Assembly (NCBI GenBank): GCA_050633405.1
Contig: JBOEGL010000007.1
Coordinates: 184,892-248,891 of the forward strand
Direction: 5' to 3'
Origin: Cognatishimia sp.
GTDB lineage: Bacteria; Pseudomonadota; Alphaproteobacteria; Rhodobacterales; Rhodobacteraceae
DNA length: 64,000 nucleotides
A program made the translations under genes and the position numbers. Within the stretch, counting starts at the first letter, position 1, and each line of letters starts with the position of its first letter. Of the stretch, positions 54,893-64,000 are shown piece after piece. The notes below the pieces were generated by a model, which was not told the DNA's origin, ran no database searches, and was given only the letters and a program-made list of their open reading frames with translations.

Positions 54893-54993
54893 GCCCCCAT
54901 CCGTCGCTCAGCATCTCCGCCAAGCGCCCCCAAAGGTCACTTTTCCTTGCCTTGAAAATCAGCTAGGTCAGCGCAGCAAAACAGGGGCAGCCC

Positions 54994-56148
54994 ATGCAAT
55001 TTCGTCTCACCGGGGCACAGGTTCTCATGGCAGATGCCTTGCAGGATCACGACCTGAACATCGCCCACGGGCGGATCAGCGACCAGCCGCAATCCCGCGA
55101 GATTGACCTGTCGGGCTTTCAGATCCTACCGGCCATTGTTGACATCCATGGTGATGGGTTTGAACGTCATCTGGCCCCCCGGCGCGGCGCGATGAAAGAT
55201 CTTGGTCAGGGTCTGATATCTGCAGATGCGGAACTGGCCAGCAATGGCATCGCCACCGCCACACTGGCGCAGTTTTACAGCTGGGAAGGCGGCATGCGCG
55301 GTCCGGAATTTGCCGCACGTTTCCTCAAGGCCCACGACAAAGCCAAGCCCCACATGCTGACCGACACGCTGATACAGCTGCGGTTTGAAACCCATATGCT
55401 GGATCACTACGCCGCCTTTGCCGAACTGGTACAGGCCCATCAGGTCCCCTATGTGGTCTTTAACGATCATCTGCCCCACGCTGCTCTGGCCAAAGGCAAA
55501 CGCCCTCCGCGCCTCACCGGTCAGGCCCTCAAAGGCGGTCGCAGCCCCGAAGCGCACCTGGCCCTCTTGCAAGCGCTCTATGCGCGGCGCGATGAGGTGC
55601 CCGCCCAACTGGCCCGGCTTGCGGCAGGCTTTGCACAGAACAATATCCGCATGGGCAGCCACGATGATGCCACCCGCGCCCAACGTCAAAGCTTTCAAAC
55701 CATGGGGCTGACCCTGTCAGAATTCCCCGAAACCTCAGAGGCCGCCACCGCCACACATGACTTTGGCGGCCATATCATTCTGGGCGCGCCAAATGTGGTG
55801 CGCGGCGGCTCCCATTCTGGCAATGTGGCGGCTCAGGATCTGATCGCCGACGGGCTCTGTGACGCGCTGGCCTCTGATTATCACTATCCGGCACTGCGGC
55901 AGGCGGTCTTCAAACTGTCAGACGAAGCTGTGCTGAGTTTTGCCGCGGCCTGGGCGCTGATCTCTAGCGGGTCTGCTAAACTGCTAGGCCTGACCGATCG
56001 CGGCACGCTCAGCAAAGGGCAACGCGCCGACTTCATTGTTCTTGATCCAAATACCCGTCGCATCGAGGCCACATTCAGCAACGGTCATGTCAGTTATTTG
56101 GCCGGCGAAGCGGCGCGACGTTTTTTTGCACTCACGGAAGCCCCATAA
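54994..56148 (+). CDS. phnM: PhnM-like amidohydrolase (alpha-D-ribose 1-methylphosphonate 5-triphosphate diphosphatase paralog)
   Basis: DIHGDGFERH, SHDD, GAPNVVRGGSHSGN, LASDYHYP, RADF. Confidence 0.85.
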   Translation: MQFRLTGAQVLMADALQDHDLNIAHGRISDQPQSREIDLSGFQILPAIVDIHGDGFERHLAPRRGAMKDLGQGLISADAELASNGIATATLAQFYSWEGGMRGPEFAARFLKAHDKAKPHMLTDTLIQLRFETHMLDHYAAFAELVQAHQVPYVVFNDHLPHAALAKGKRPPRLTGQALKGGRSPEAHLALLQALYARRDEVPAQLARLAAGFAQNNIRMGSHDDATRAQRQSFQTMGLTLSEFPETSEAATATHDFGGHIILGAPNVVRGGSHSGNVAAQDLIADGLCDALASDYHYPALRQAVFKLSDEAVLSFAAAWALISSGSAKLLGLTDRGTLSKGQRADFIVLDPNTRRIEATFSNGHVSYLAGEAARRFFALTEAP

Positions 56149-56172
56149 AAAACGCCCGCACAGCGGCGGGCG
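56147..56172 (-). terminator. Intrinsic terminator of purK (between convergent genes)
   Basis: Minus strand CGCCCGC-CGCTGT-GCGGGCG-TTTTTT. Confidence 0.65.
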
Positions 56173-56215
56173 CAGAACTTTACCTGAAATCGCCGCGGTT
56201 CCCCGCCGCACCCTC

Positions 56216-57292
56216 TCATTTGACGCTGGCAATCACCTTATTCACATGGCCCATCTTGCGGCCGGGCTTGGTTTCGGCTTTGCCATAAAGATGCAGGGCT
56301 GCATGGGCTTGCGCCAACAATTCCGGCACCCGATCCATGTCCTCGCCAATCAGATTTTCCATCACCACATCTGAATGACGTTTGCCATCCCCAAGCGGCA
56401 GGCCAACCACCGCCCGGATATGCTGTTCAAACTGATCTACGGCACAGCCATTTTGCGTCCAGTGGCCCGAATTATGCACACGCGGCGCGATTTCATTCAC
56501 CACCAACCCATTTGGTGTGACAAACAGCTCAACCCCCATGACGCCGACATAAGACAGCGCATTCAAGATCTTAGAAGCGATCAGCACCGCATCCATGCGC
56601 ATCATGCCCGGCAGGTTTGCTGGCACAGTCGTGGTGCGCAAAATGCCGCCAATATGCACATTCTCGCCGGGGTCAAAACAGGCGACTTCGCCCGTTGCAC
56701 CGCGCGCAGCAATCACCGACACCTCATGGGTGAAATTCACAAAGCCTTCCAGCACCGACGGTGCCCCCGCCATATCTGCTAGGGCCGCCTTGGCGTCCGC
56801 CGCAGAATTCAACCGGGCCTGACCTTTGCCATCATAGCCAAACCGGCGGGTTTTTAGGATCGACGGCGTGCCAATCTCGGCCAGCGCGGCCTCAAGCTCA
56901 TCGGCGGTTTCCACTTCAGCAAAGGGCGCAACATTCAGGCCAAGATCTGCCAAAAACTTCTTTTCGGTGATCCGGTCCTGGCTGATACGCAGGGCCTCCC
57001 GGCCCGGGCGAATGTCACAATGGGCTTCTAAAGCATCCAACGCAGAGGTCGGGACGTTTTCAAATTCATAGGTGATCACATCCACGGTTTTGGCGAATGC
57101 CAACAGCGCAGCAGTATCTTCATAGGCAGCCGTGGTGACCTGATGGGCCACATCCGCTGCGGGCGGGTTGGCTCCGGGTTCAAAAATATGGGTTTTATAG
57201 CCCAGTCGCGCTGCGGCAACAGACAACATGCGGCCCAATTGGCCACCGCCTAAAATCCCGATGGTGCTGCCGGGTTTCAAAGTCTCAGTCAT
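56216..57292 (-). CDS. purK: N5-carboxyaminoimidazole ribonucleotide synthase
   Basis: [47 protein letters not shown]. Confidence 0.96.
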   Translation of the reverse strand: MTETLKPGSTIGILGGGQLGRMLSVAAARLGYKTHIFEPGANPPAADVAHQVTTAAYEDTAALLAFAKTVDVITYEFENVPTSALDALEAHCDIRPGREALRISQDRITEKKFLADLGLNVAPFAEVETADELEAALAEIGTPSILKTRRFGYDGKGQARLNSAADAKAALADMAGAPSVLEGFVNFTHEVSVIAARGATGEVACFDPGENVHIGGILRTTTVPANLPGMMRMDAVLIASKILNALSYVGVMGVELFVTPNGLVVNEIAPRVHNSGHWTQNGCAVDQFEQHIRAVVGLPLGDGKRHSDVVMENLIGEDMDRVPELLAQAHAALHLYGKAETKPGRKMGHVNKVIASVK

Positions 57293-57773
57293 CTACTGGT
57301 TCATCCGCAATCGAGTCCGAAAGGGCGGTGCGCCAAGCATCCAGCCGCGCCGCAAGGTCTGTGTCCTGCAAGGCCAGAATGCCCGCAGCCATCAGGCCGC
57401 CGTTCTTGGCTCCGGCCGCGCCAATCGCCATGGTGGCCACCGGAAAGCCACGCGGCATTTGCACGATGGAATACAGACTGTCCACACCCGACAGGGCGCG
57501 GGTTTGCACTGGAATGCCCACGACGGGCACGCGGGTTTTGCTGGCCATCATGCCGGGCAGGTGGGCCGCACCGCCAGCGCCAGCGATGATCACTTGCAAG
57601 CCACGCTCAACCGCTGTTTTGCCATAGGTCCACAGACGGTCAGGCGTGCGGTGCGCCGAAACGATTTTGGTTTCGTAAGGAACGCCCAATTCGTCCAAAA
57701 CATCTGCTGCTTCTTTCATGGTTGGCCAATCAGATTGGCTCCCCATGATTATGCCCACTTTGATATCCGTCAT
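57285..57773 (-). CDS. purE: N5-CAIR mutase
   Basis: [37 protein letters not shown]. Confidence 0.97.
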   Translation of the reverse strand: MTDIKVGIIMGSQSDWPTMKEAADVLDELGVPYETKIVSAHRTPDRLWTYGKTAVERGLQVIIAGAGGAAHLPGMMASKTRVPVVGIPVQTRALSGVDSLYSIVQMPRGFPVATMAIGAAGAKNGGLMAAGILALQDTDLAARLDAWRTALSDSIADEPVDD

Positions 57774-57818
57774 AACCTGCCTCTAAATAGGAGCGCGCAC
57801 TATAGCCGGATTGCCTGC

Positions 57819-58055
57819 CTAGGCAATGATATCTGGGGTCAATCGGTCTTCGATATGGGCGATTTTGTCTTTTAGTCGCAGTTTCTGCTTTTTCAGCCGC
57901 TGGATTGTCAGCTGGTCGCCTGTGGCACGTTCCACCAAAGCGTGAATCGCGTCATCCAGATCTCGATGCTCTTGGCGAAAAACCTCCAGTTCCACCCGCA
58001 AAACATCATCTGTCTTCATTGATAAATCAGCTTTGGGATCACTGGGCGCGTTCAT
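57819..58055 (-). CDS. DUF465/YdcH family small coiled-coil protein
   Basis: EHRDLDDAI...RLKKQKLRLKDKI. Confidence 0.88.
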   Translation of the reverse strand: MNAPSDPKADLSMKTDDVLRVELEVFRQEHRDLDDAIHALVERATGDQLTIQRLKKQKLRLKDKIAHIEDRLTPDIIA

Positions 58056-58115
58056 AGTAATTTCCTGGGTCGTTCACCGTTGCACATTACCGAATTCGGG
58101 ACACGAAGCAAAGCC

Positions 58116-58144
58116 CTTGCACTCTGATGTTACGCCGCCCATAT
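58116..58144 (+). promoter_or_regulatory. RpoH-type promoter of the Hsp20 gene
   Basis: CTTGCA-N16-CCCATAT. Confidence 0.75.
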
Positions 58145-58155
58145 TAATAAGGAAC

Positions 58156-58215
58156 GGGTCGCCAAAACGGGGCCCTAAAACCTGACTGTCGCTTTACGTA
58201 AAGGACGTGTCGATG
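58156..58215 (+). ncRNA. ROSE-like RNA thermometer in the Hsp20 5' UTR
   Basis: First hairpin GGGTCGCC-AAAAC-GGGGCCC; 3' hairpin GTCGCTTT-ACGT-AAAGGAC places the U(U/C)GCU motif with a bulged G opposite the AGGA SD. Confidence 0.7.
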
Positions 58216-58626
58216 AGTAAATTGACCTTGGGGTCCTATCCCCACATGCTCGGATTTGAGCAATTGGAACGCCTCTTGGAACGCACCGCAAAGGGCGGAA
58301 ACGAGGGCTATCCGCCTTTTAATATCGAACAAACCTCAGATTTTTCCTATCGCATCACGCTGGCCGTGGCCGGTTTTGCCGAAGATGACCTGTCCCTGAC
58401 TGTAGAAGACAAGCAGTTGGTGGTGCGCGGGCGGCAAAGTGAAGACATCGCCGAACGGGTGTTCTTGCACCGCGGCATCGCGGCACGGCAGTTTCAGCGC
58501 TCTTTTGTGCTGGCCGACGGCGTAGAAGTGGGCGAAGCCTCTATGGAAAACGGCTTGCTGCATGTGGATCTCACGCGTTCCAAACCCGAAACCATTGTAC
58601 AAACCATCCAGATAAAGAAGGCTTAA
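58213..58626 (+). CDS. Hsp20 family small heat shock protein (IbpA-like)
   Basis: YPPFNIE, ITLAVAGF, LHRGIAARQF.RSF.LAD, NGLLHVDL. Confidence 0.93.
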   Translation: MSKLTLGSYPHMLGFEQLERLLERTAKGGNEGYPPFNIEQTSDFSYRITLAVAGFAEDDLSLTVEDKQLVVRGRQSEDIAERVFLHRGIAARQFQRSFVLADGVEVGEASMENGLLHVDLTRSKPETIVQTIQIKKA

Positions 58627-58628
58627 AA

Positions 58629-58856
58629 ATGCATAGCAAATTTAACTTCCAAGACCTGATGGATGACCGGATGGTCTATGTCACCCAAGTGGATGCCGCA
58701 GACTTGCCTGAAGAGATGCAAGAGCAGGTCGAAGGGGCCGACACCCTGTTTGCCGTCTGCGCCACCGATGGCCAACGCCTTGCTGTGGTCAAAGACCGCC
58801 AGCTCGCGTTTGTTCTGGCGCGCCAGAATGATTATGCGCCGGTGACCGTCCACTGA
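58629..58856 (+). CDS. DUF1150 family protein
   Basis: VYV...LFAV...GQRLAVV.DR.LAFVLARQNDYAPVTVH. Confidence 0.85.
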   Translation: MHSKFNFQDLMDDRMVYVTQVDAADLPEEMQEQVEGADTLFAVCATDGQRLAVVKDRQLAFVLARQNDYAPVTVH

Positions 58857-58923
58857 ACTCGCACGCACCGGTTGGTCCAAGCGCAGGGGCAATTGGTTTT
58901 CGATTTTGCAATCGCCTCACACA

Positions 58924-58951
58924 AAAACGCGGCCCGTTATGGCCGCGTTTT
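58924..58951. terminator. Bidirectional intrinsic terminator
   Basis: AAAACGCGGCC-CGTTAT-GGCCGCGTTTT. Confidence 0.8.
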
Positions 58952-58973
58952 CTTTGTATTATACCTTCAAAAC

Positions 58974-61049
58974 TTACGCTTTGATCAGGCCCATGCTTTC
59001 CAGTTTCAGCAGAACCTGGTGTGCGCAGTTGTCGACTTCGGAATTCTCAGTCTCGATGCTCAGCTCTGGGTTTGCAGGCACATCATATGGGTCAGAGATA
59101 CCTGTGAACTCTTTGATTTTGCCTGCGCGCGCCAGCTTATACAGGCCTTTGCGATCCCGACGTTCACATTCTTCGATGCTGGTGGCGACGTGTACTTCGA
59201 CAAAGGCACCAAAGGCTTCGATGTCTTCACGCACCGCACGACGGGTTGTCGCATAAGGCGCGATAGGCGCACAGATCGCGATACCGCCGTTTTTGGTGAT
59301 TTCAGACGCAACATAGCCGATACGACGGATGTTCAGGTCGCGGTGTTCTTTAGAGAAGCCCAGCTCTGACGACAGGTTCTTACGCACGATGTCACCATCC
59401 AGCAACGTCACCGGACGACCACCCATTTCCATCAATTTCACCATCAACGCGTTGGCGATGGTGGATTTGCCGGAACCTGAGAAACCGGTGAAGAACACGG
59501 TGAAACCCTGATCTGAACGCGGTGGCTTGGTGCGGCGCAGTTCTTTCACAACTTCCGGGAATGAGAACCACTCAGGAATTTCCAGACCTTCAGCCAAACG
59601 ACGACGCAATTCTGTACCAGAGATGTTCAGAATGGTGACGTTGTCACGATCTTCGATCTCATCGTTAGGCTCGTATTGGGCGCGCTCTTGCACATAAACC
59701 ATGTGCTTAAAGTCGACCATTTCAATGCCCATTTCTTCGGCGTTCTCGCGGAAGAGTTCCTGCGCGTCATACGGACCATAGAAATCTTCGCCTTGGCTGT
59801 TTTTGCCTGGGCCAGCGTGGTCGCGACCGATGATGATGTGGGTACAGCCGTGGTTCTTACGAATCAGGCCATGCCAAACCGCCTCACGTGGGCCGGCCAT
59901 ACGCATCGCCAGGTTCAGCAAAGACATGGTGGTTGTCGCCGCTGGATACTTGTCCAGAACCGCCTCATAGCAACGCACACGGGTAAAGTGATCAACGTCA
60001 CCCGGCTTGGTCATGCCGACAACAGGGTGAATCAGCAGGTTGGCTTGCGCTTCTTTTGCTGCGCGGAAGGTCAGTTCCTGGTGTGCGCGGTGCAATGGGT
60101 TGCGTGTTTGGAACGCAACAATTTTGCGCCAGCCCAATTTGCGGAAATAGGCGCGCAATTCGTTTGGCGTGTCGCGGCGGGCACGGAAATCATAATGCAC
60201 AGGCTGTTGCAGACCAGTGATTGGACCACCCAAATAGACTTTGCCCATGCTGTTGTGCAGATAGTTCACAGCAGGGTGCGCATCGTCATCCGCGCCAAAG
60301 ACTTTTTCAGCTTCGCGCGCTTTGTTTGGTACCCAGTTATCTGTAACCGTCATGGTCGCCAGAATAACGCCCTCTTGGTCGCGCAGCGCGATATCTTGGC
60401 CGATTTCCAGCTGTGCGGCGAATTCTTCGGACACATCCAGGTTGATCGGCATTGGCCAAAGCTGACCATCTGCCAAACGCATGTTTTCAACAACGCCATT
60501 ATAGTCGGCCTCGCTCAGAAAGCCCTTCAGTGGGTTGAAACCACCGTTCATCAACAGCTCCAGATCACAGATCTGGCGCGGTGTCAGGTCGTGGCTAACC
60601 AGATCAGCGGCTTCAACCTTCAGTTTCTGCGCGCTCTCATAAGAGACATACAGCTCGGGGATAGGTGCAAAACTGTTTTGCATGTTTTTCGTCCTATATT
60701 TTATGGGAAATTGGGGGCTGGAAGACCCGGTTAGCTCTGCGTGTAACGCATCATATTCTGCAAACTTCCGGGCAAGGAACTGGTCAGTCAGGCGCGTCTT
60801 TTCCGTCGCACCTTTCAGTGTCAGCCCATAGGCAAATCTTTGACGATTATCAGGCCCAGGGCGGTCGCTTTTGTTAACAAGCTTTGCGTCTGTTGCTGAC
60901 CGCAACAAAGCATTCAAGCGGCCAAGCGAAATGCCAAGGGCCTCGGCGGTGGCACGCTGCGGTGCCCCCGGTGCCAGATCAAGCTGACGCAAAAGTCGGA
61001 AGAGCAGGTCTTCGTCTTGCAGGCTTATTTTAGCAGTTGAGGTTGGCAT
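58974..61049 (-). CDS. sat: Bifunctional sulfate adenylyltransferase/APS kinase with an N-terminal MarR-like winged HTH
   Basis: QTRNPLHRAH, GRDHAG, FTGFSGSGKST, LDGD, RDRKGLY; residues ~1-110 are HTH-like; second start with an SD at 60683. Confidence 0.92.
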   Translation of the reverse strand: MPTSTAKISLQDEDLLFRLLRQLDLAPGAPQRATAEALGISLGRLNALLRSATDAKLVNKSDRPGPDNRQRFAYGLTLKGATEKTRLTDQFLARKFAEYDALHAELTGSSSPQFPIKYRTKNMQNSFAPIPELYVSYESAQKLKVEAADLVSHDLTPRQICDLELLMNGGFNPLKGFLSEADYNGVVENMRLADGQLWPMPINLDVSEEFAAQLEIGQDIALRDQEGVILATMTVTDNWVPNKAREAEKVFGADDDAHPAVNYLHNSMGKVYLGGPITGLQQPVHYDFRARRDTPNELRAYFRKLGWRKIVAFQTRNPLHRAHQELTFRAAKEAQANLLIHPVVGMTKPGDVDHFTRVRCYEAVLDKYPAATTTMSLLNLAMRMAGPREAVWHGLIRKNHGCTHIIIGRDHAGPGKNSQGEDFYGPYDAQELFRENAEEMGIEMVDFKHMVYVQERAQYEPNDEIEDRDNVTILNISGTELRRRLAEGLEIPEWFSFPEVVKELRRTKPPRSDQGFTVFFTGFSGSGKSTIANALMVKLMEMGGRPVTLLDGDIVRKNLSSELGFSKEHRDLNIRRIGYVASEITKNGGIAICAPIAPYATTRRAVREDIEAFGAFVEVHVATSIEECERRDRKGLYKLARAGKIKEFTGISDPYDVPANPELSIETENSEVDNCAHQVLLKLESMGLIKA

Positions 61050-61065
61050 TCAATTTGTCTCAAAG

Positions 61066-61085
61066 TGTGTTCATGCGTGAACACA
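61066..61085. promoter_or_regulatory. Perfect 8-bp inverted repeat upstream of the HTH-sat start
   Basis: TGTGTTCA-TGCG-TGAACACA, 16 nt before ATG 61049. Confidence 0.55.
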
Positions 61086-61250
61086 TTACATAGTTTGCAC
61101 GTGCAGCAAAGGAAAAATTTCACTTCGCAGGCGAAATACACCCTCGTGGTCAAAAAACAACGAAAGGGCCGTTTACTGCGTCGAAACGCGAAACAAAGCC
61201 CTGCTAATCGGCAATTTTGTTCAGTTTTAGGCGAAGAATGGTCAAAAACA

Positions 61251-61282
61251 AAAAAATCCAGACCCAAATGAATGGGCCTGGA
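61251..61282 (-). terminator. Intrinsic terminator after trxB
   Basis: TCCAG-ACCCA-AATGAA-TGGGC-CTGGA preceded by an A-run (U-tract on the minus strand). Confidence 0.6.
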
Positions 61283-61316
61283 TCTTGCCGCTTACGCGGG
61301 CGATTCTATGGATGAA

Positions 61317-62258
61317 CTATTCTTGCTCGGCAATAAACCGTTCTGCGTCCAACGCGGCCATACAGCCCATGCCGGCCGATGTCACAGCCTGGCGATAGAC
61401 ATGGTCTGTCAGATCGCCAGCCGCAAACACACCAGGGATCGAGGTCTTGGTGCTGCCCAGCTCTACTTTGACGTACCCGCCATTGTGGGTTTCCAGTTTG
61501 TCTTTCACCAATTCGTTGGCAGGGGCGTGGCCAATGGCAACAAAAACACCTGCGCATGGGATTTCGCTGACCTCACCGGTCTTGGTGTGTTTCACTTTTA
61601 CACCGGTCACGCCCAATGGTGCTTCGGTGCCCAGAACTTCTTCCAATTCGTGGAACCACAGGGTCTCAATCTTCTCGTTTTTCTCCAGACGATTTTGCAA
61701 AATCTTTTCAGCCCGCAATTCATCGCGCCGGTGGATCAAGGTGACCTTCGAGGCAAAGTTCGTCAGAAACAGGGCTTCTTCAACCGCGGTGTTGCCGCCG
61801 CCAATCACCACAATTTCCGCGCCGCGATAGAAAAAACCATCGCAGGTGGCGCAAGCAGAGACACCAAAGCCTTTGAATTTCTCTTCGCTTTCCAGGCCCA
61901 GCCACTTTGCACGTGCACCGGTCGCCAAAATCACCGCATCCGCCGTATAGAGCGTGCCGCTGTCGCCTTTGGCCACAAAGGGGCGGCTTTCGGTATCAAG
62001 TTCGGTGATAATGTCGCCAATGATCTCACAGCCCATCGCTTGCGCGTGTTCCTGCATCTTGATCATCAAATCCGGGCCCTGAACTTCGGTAAAGCCCGGG
62101 TAATTCTCGACCTCGGTTGTGGTGGTCAATTGACCGCCAGGTTCGATGCCTTGCACAAGAATTGGGCTTAACATCGCGCGGCTCGCATAGACGCCCGCAG
62201 TATAGCCCGCAGGCCCCGATCCGATAATCAGAACCTTCGTGTGTTTCGTGTCGCCCAT
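61317..62258 (-). CDS. trxB: Thioredoxin-disulfide reductase
   Basis: [47 protein letters not shown]. Confidence 0.96.
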   Translation of the reverse strand: MGDTKHTKVLIIGSGPAGYTAGVYASRAMLSPILVQGIEPGGQLTTTTEVENYPGFTEVQGPDLMIKMQEHAQAMGCEIIGDIITELDTESRPFVAKGDSGTLYTADAVILATGARAKWLGLESEEKFKGFGVSACATCDGFFYRGAEIVVIGGGNTAVEEALFLTNFASKVTLIHRRDELRAEKILQNRLEKNEKIETLWFHELEEVLGTEAPLGVTGVKVKHTKTGEVSEIPCAGVFVAIGHAPANELVKDKLETHNGGYVKVELGSTKTSIPGVFAAGDLTDHVYRQAVTSAGMGCMAALDAERFIAEQE

Positions 62259-62465
62259 ATCCCACCCATGTGCTTGCAGTTTGCTGTCAGACGCGAGATA
62301 TAGCCTTCCCGACGGTTCCGTTAAACCCCTGACATAAACGGATTGCGCCTGGCGCATATCAAAGGGATTGCAGTTACTGAAAAGCCTCGGTGCGTGTAAC
62401 GAAATATTATTGCGTATAAGCAACTTGGTGCTATAAGAACTGAAAATCTCACGGAGAATTCCTGA

Positions 62466-62966
62466 ATGCCCGGCACCCGGCTTGATCCCATCGACCGAAA
62501 AATTCTTGCTGAATTGCAAGCGGATGGTCGGATGACAAACGTAGAGCTGGCAAAACGAGTCGGTATTTCAGCCCCGCCATGTCTGCGCCGCGTGCGCACG
62601 TTGGAAGACGCCGGATTTATCCGCGGTTACCACGCTGATGTCGATTCGCGTGAACTGGGTTTTGAGGTGCAGGTCTTTGCCATGGTGGGCTTGGTCAGTC
62701 AGGCAGAATCAGACCTTTCTGCCTTTGAACAACGCTGCCGCGAATGGTCGCTTGTGCGCGAGTGTCATATGTTGAACGGCGAGGTGGATTTCATCCTCAA
62801 ATGTGTGGCCCCAGACCTGTCGACCTTCCAGAACTTTCTGACCAATGATTTGCTGAAAGCCGACAATGTGGCCAGTGTGAAAACTTCGCTGGTGATCCGC
62901 GACGCCAAGGATGAACCCGGCGTGCCCTTTGATGTTCTGGAAGAGCGGGTTGGTCGCACGGCCTAG
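62466..62966 (+). CDS. Lrp/AsnC family regulator
   Basis: [39 protein letters not shown]. Confidence 0.93.
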   Translation: MPGTRLDPIDRKILAELQADGRMTNVELAKRVGISAPPCLRRVRTLEDAGFIRGYHADVDSRELGFEVQVFAMVGLVSQAESDLSAFEQRCREWSLVRECHMLNGEVDFILKCVAPDLSTFQNFLTNDLLKADNVASVKTSLVIRDAKDEPGVPFDVLEERVGRTA

Positions 62967-62976
62967 CAAGGCATCC

Positions 62977-63555
62977 CTACATTTTGGGCAGCAACCACGC
63001 GGTCAAATAGCGCTCCAGCAGGTTGCGTAGGGGCTCTTCATTGTGCAGCGCGCAGAAATGCAGCGCCATCGCCTGGATCAAAAATGCCCCAACCCCATCC
63101 GCCAAAAGCGCCGCCGAGATGTCTTTGCGAAACGGCCCCTGTGCCAGCCAAGGGCCCATAACAGTGCCCATGCGCCAAAATGTTTGGGCAATATCGCCAA
63201 TCTCTTCTTTGGCCGCCGCGCCAGAATGTCGTAATATCACGTCAAATACGTAACGCTCGGTGGTCATAAAGCCGATCAATGGCATCAATGCGTCGATCAG
63301 CGCATCGACATTTTGTGGCGGCTCTAAGGCCTCGATGTCATCCAGATGCCCGTTGATCCGCGCGCCCAGAAGCTGCTCCATCAGCGCATCTTTGTCGCGA
63401 AAATGCGCAAAGAATGTCCCCTTGGCCACACCCGCGCGCGCAACGACCTCTTCCACGCGCAACGCTTCATAGCCTGCCTCCGCGACAATCGCTTCTGAGG
63501 CACCAATCATGCGACCTCGGGTTTTCAAAGTACGTTGTTGAACTGCTTTCACCAT
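62977..63555 (-). CDS. TetR/AcrR family regulator
   Basis: GYEALRVEEVVARAGVAKGTFFAHFRDKDAL. Confidence 0.92.
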   Translation of the reverse strand: MVKAVQQRTLKTRGRMIGASEAIVAEAGYEALRVEEVVARAGVAKGTFFAHFRDKDALMEQLLGARINGHLDDIEALEPPQNVDALIDALMPLIGFMTTERYVFDVILRHSGAAAKEEIGDIAQTFWRMGTVMGPWLAQGPFRKDISAALLADGVGAFLIQAMALHFCALHNEEPLRNLLERYLTAWLLPKM

Positions 63556-63575
63556 AGGTCTTCTTCTCATCTTTT

Positions 63576-63643
63576 TTGACCGTGGTCAACTTTAGTAATT
63601 GACCGCGGTCATTTTTTGCGTCTAGAAAAGTGACCATGGTCAA
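63576..63643. promoter_or_regulatory. Three palindromic operators TGACC-NN-GGTCA (TetR candidate)
   Basis: TTGACCGTGGTCAA (63576-89), TTGACCGCGGTCAT (63599-612), GTGACCATGGTCAA (63630-43). Confidence 0.8.
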
Positions 63644-63657
63644 TATTGGAGCGACTC

Positions 63658-64000
63658 ATGGAACCTAAACGCATTTTTGTCCTCAATGGGCATCCCGCAG
63701 AAACCTCTCTGTCCCGCACTTTCGCCGACGCCTATGCCGAGGCCGCGCGCGCGGCCGGGCATCAGGTGCGCGTCACCCATGTCAGGGATCTTTCCTTTGA
63801 TATGGATTATGGATTTGGCGGCTATAAACACAGCAAACCGCTTGAACCCAATCTCGAAGAATTTATTCAAAATATAGAATGGTCCCAGCATATGGTGCTT
63901 GCCACCCCAATGTGGTGGGGCGGGCTGCCTGCGAAACTCAAGGGTCTGATTGACCGTTCTTTCCTGCCCGGCCGCACCTTTGACACACGCGGTAAAATGC
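63658..64000 (+). CDS. NAD(P)H-dependent quinone oxidoreductase (flavodoxin fold), N-terminal part
   Basis: Hand-translated MEPKRIFVLNGHPAETSLS...MVLATPMWWGGLPAKLKGLIDRSFLPG; open at the window edge. Confidence 0.9.
   Translation, partial: MEPKRIFVLNGHPAETSLSRTFADAYAEAARAAGHQVRVTHVRDLSFDMDYGFGGYKHSKPLEPNLEEFIQNIEWSQHMVLATPMWWGGLPAKLKGLIDRSFLPGRTFDTRGKM

Noticed and set aside
54935-56195. TTTTCCTTGCCTTGAAAATC (~54938) and CTTTACCTGAAATC (~56178) as further copies of the dispersed repeat
   Set aside because: The resemblance to the core is weak and the characteristic YGAA…TTCR hairpin does not follow; a covariance model would be needed to include them.

Overview
The window is 64 kb of an alphaproteobacterial chromosome, most likely Rhodobacteraceae (Roseobacter group). 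That placement is inferred from the gene set, a GTTC-N7-GTTC LexA box and a tRNA-His lacking G-1. Both ends are core-type genes. Left end: ArsR/SRPBCC, mmcB, tRNA-His, rluD, rpoH, pepF, helicase-S4-fdxA-carD, cobS/cobT. Right end: purK/purE, Hsp20, sat-cysC, trxB, Lrp, TetR. Between cobT and purK (~19.1-56.2 kb) lies a run of accessory modules with no integrase or transposase: a polyol ABC/catabolism operon (smo/mtl), an NO-reductase cluster (nnrS-nnrR-norCBQD) with no nitrite reductase in the window, a C5-methyltransferase plus PD-(D/E)XK nuclease pair, a tricarboxylate uptake/catabolism cluster (tctED, tctC-tctA/B, PrpF-like, USP, 2-hydroxyacid dehydrogenase, LysR, tcuAB), imuA-imuB-dnaE2 and a lone phnM paralog. 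Three observations stand out. (1) Three dispersed copies of a short structured intergenic repeat share a 21-nt core followed by covarying hairpins. (2) The putative restriction-modification pair has a palindrome abutting the MTase start and a possible 2-nt slippage at the nuclease C-terminus. (3) A MarR-like HTH is fused to ATP sulfurylase-APS kinase, with an internal RBS and an upstream perfect palindrome. All product names come from motif recognition by eye; no database searches were run.
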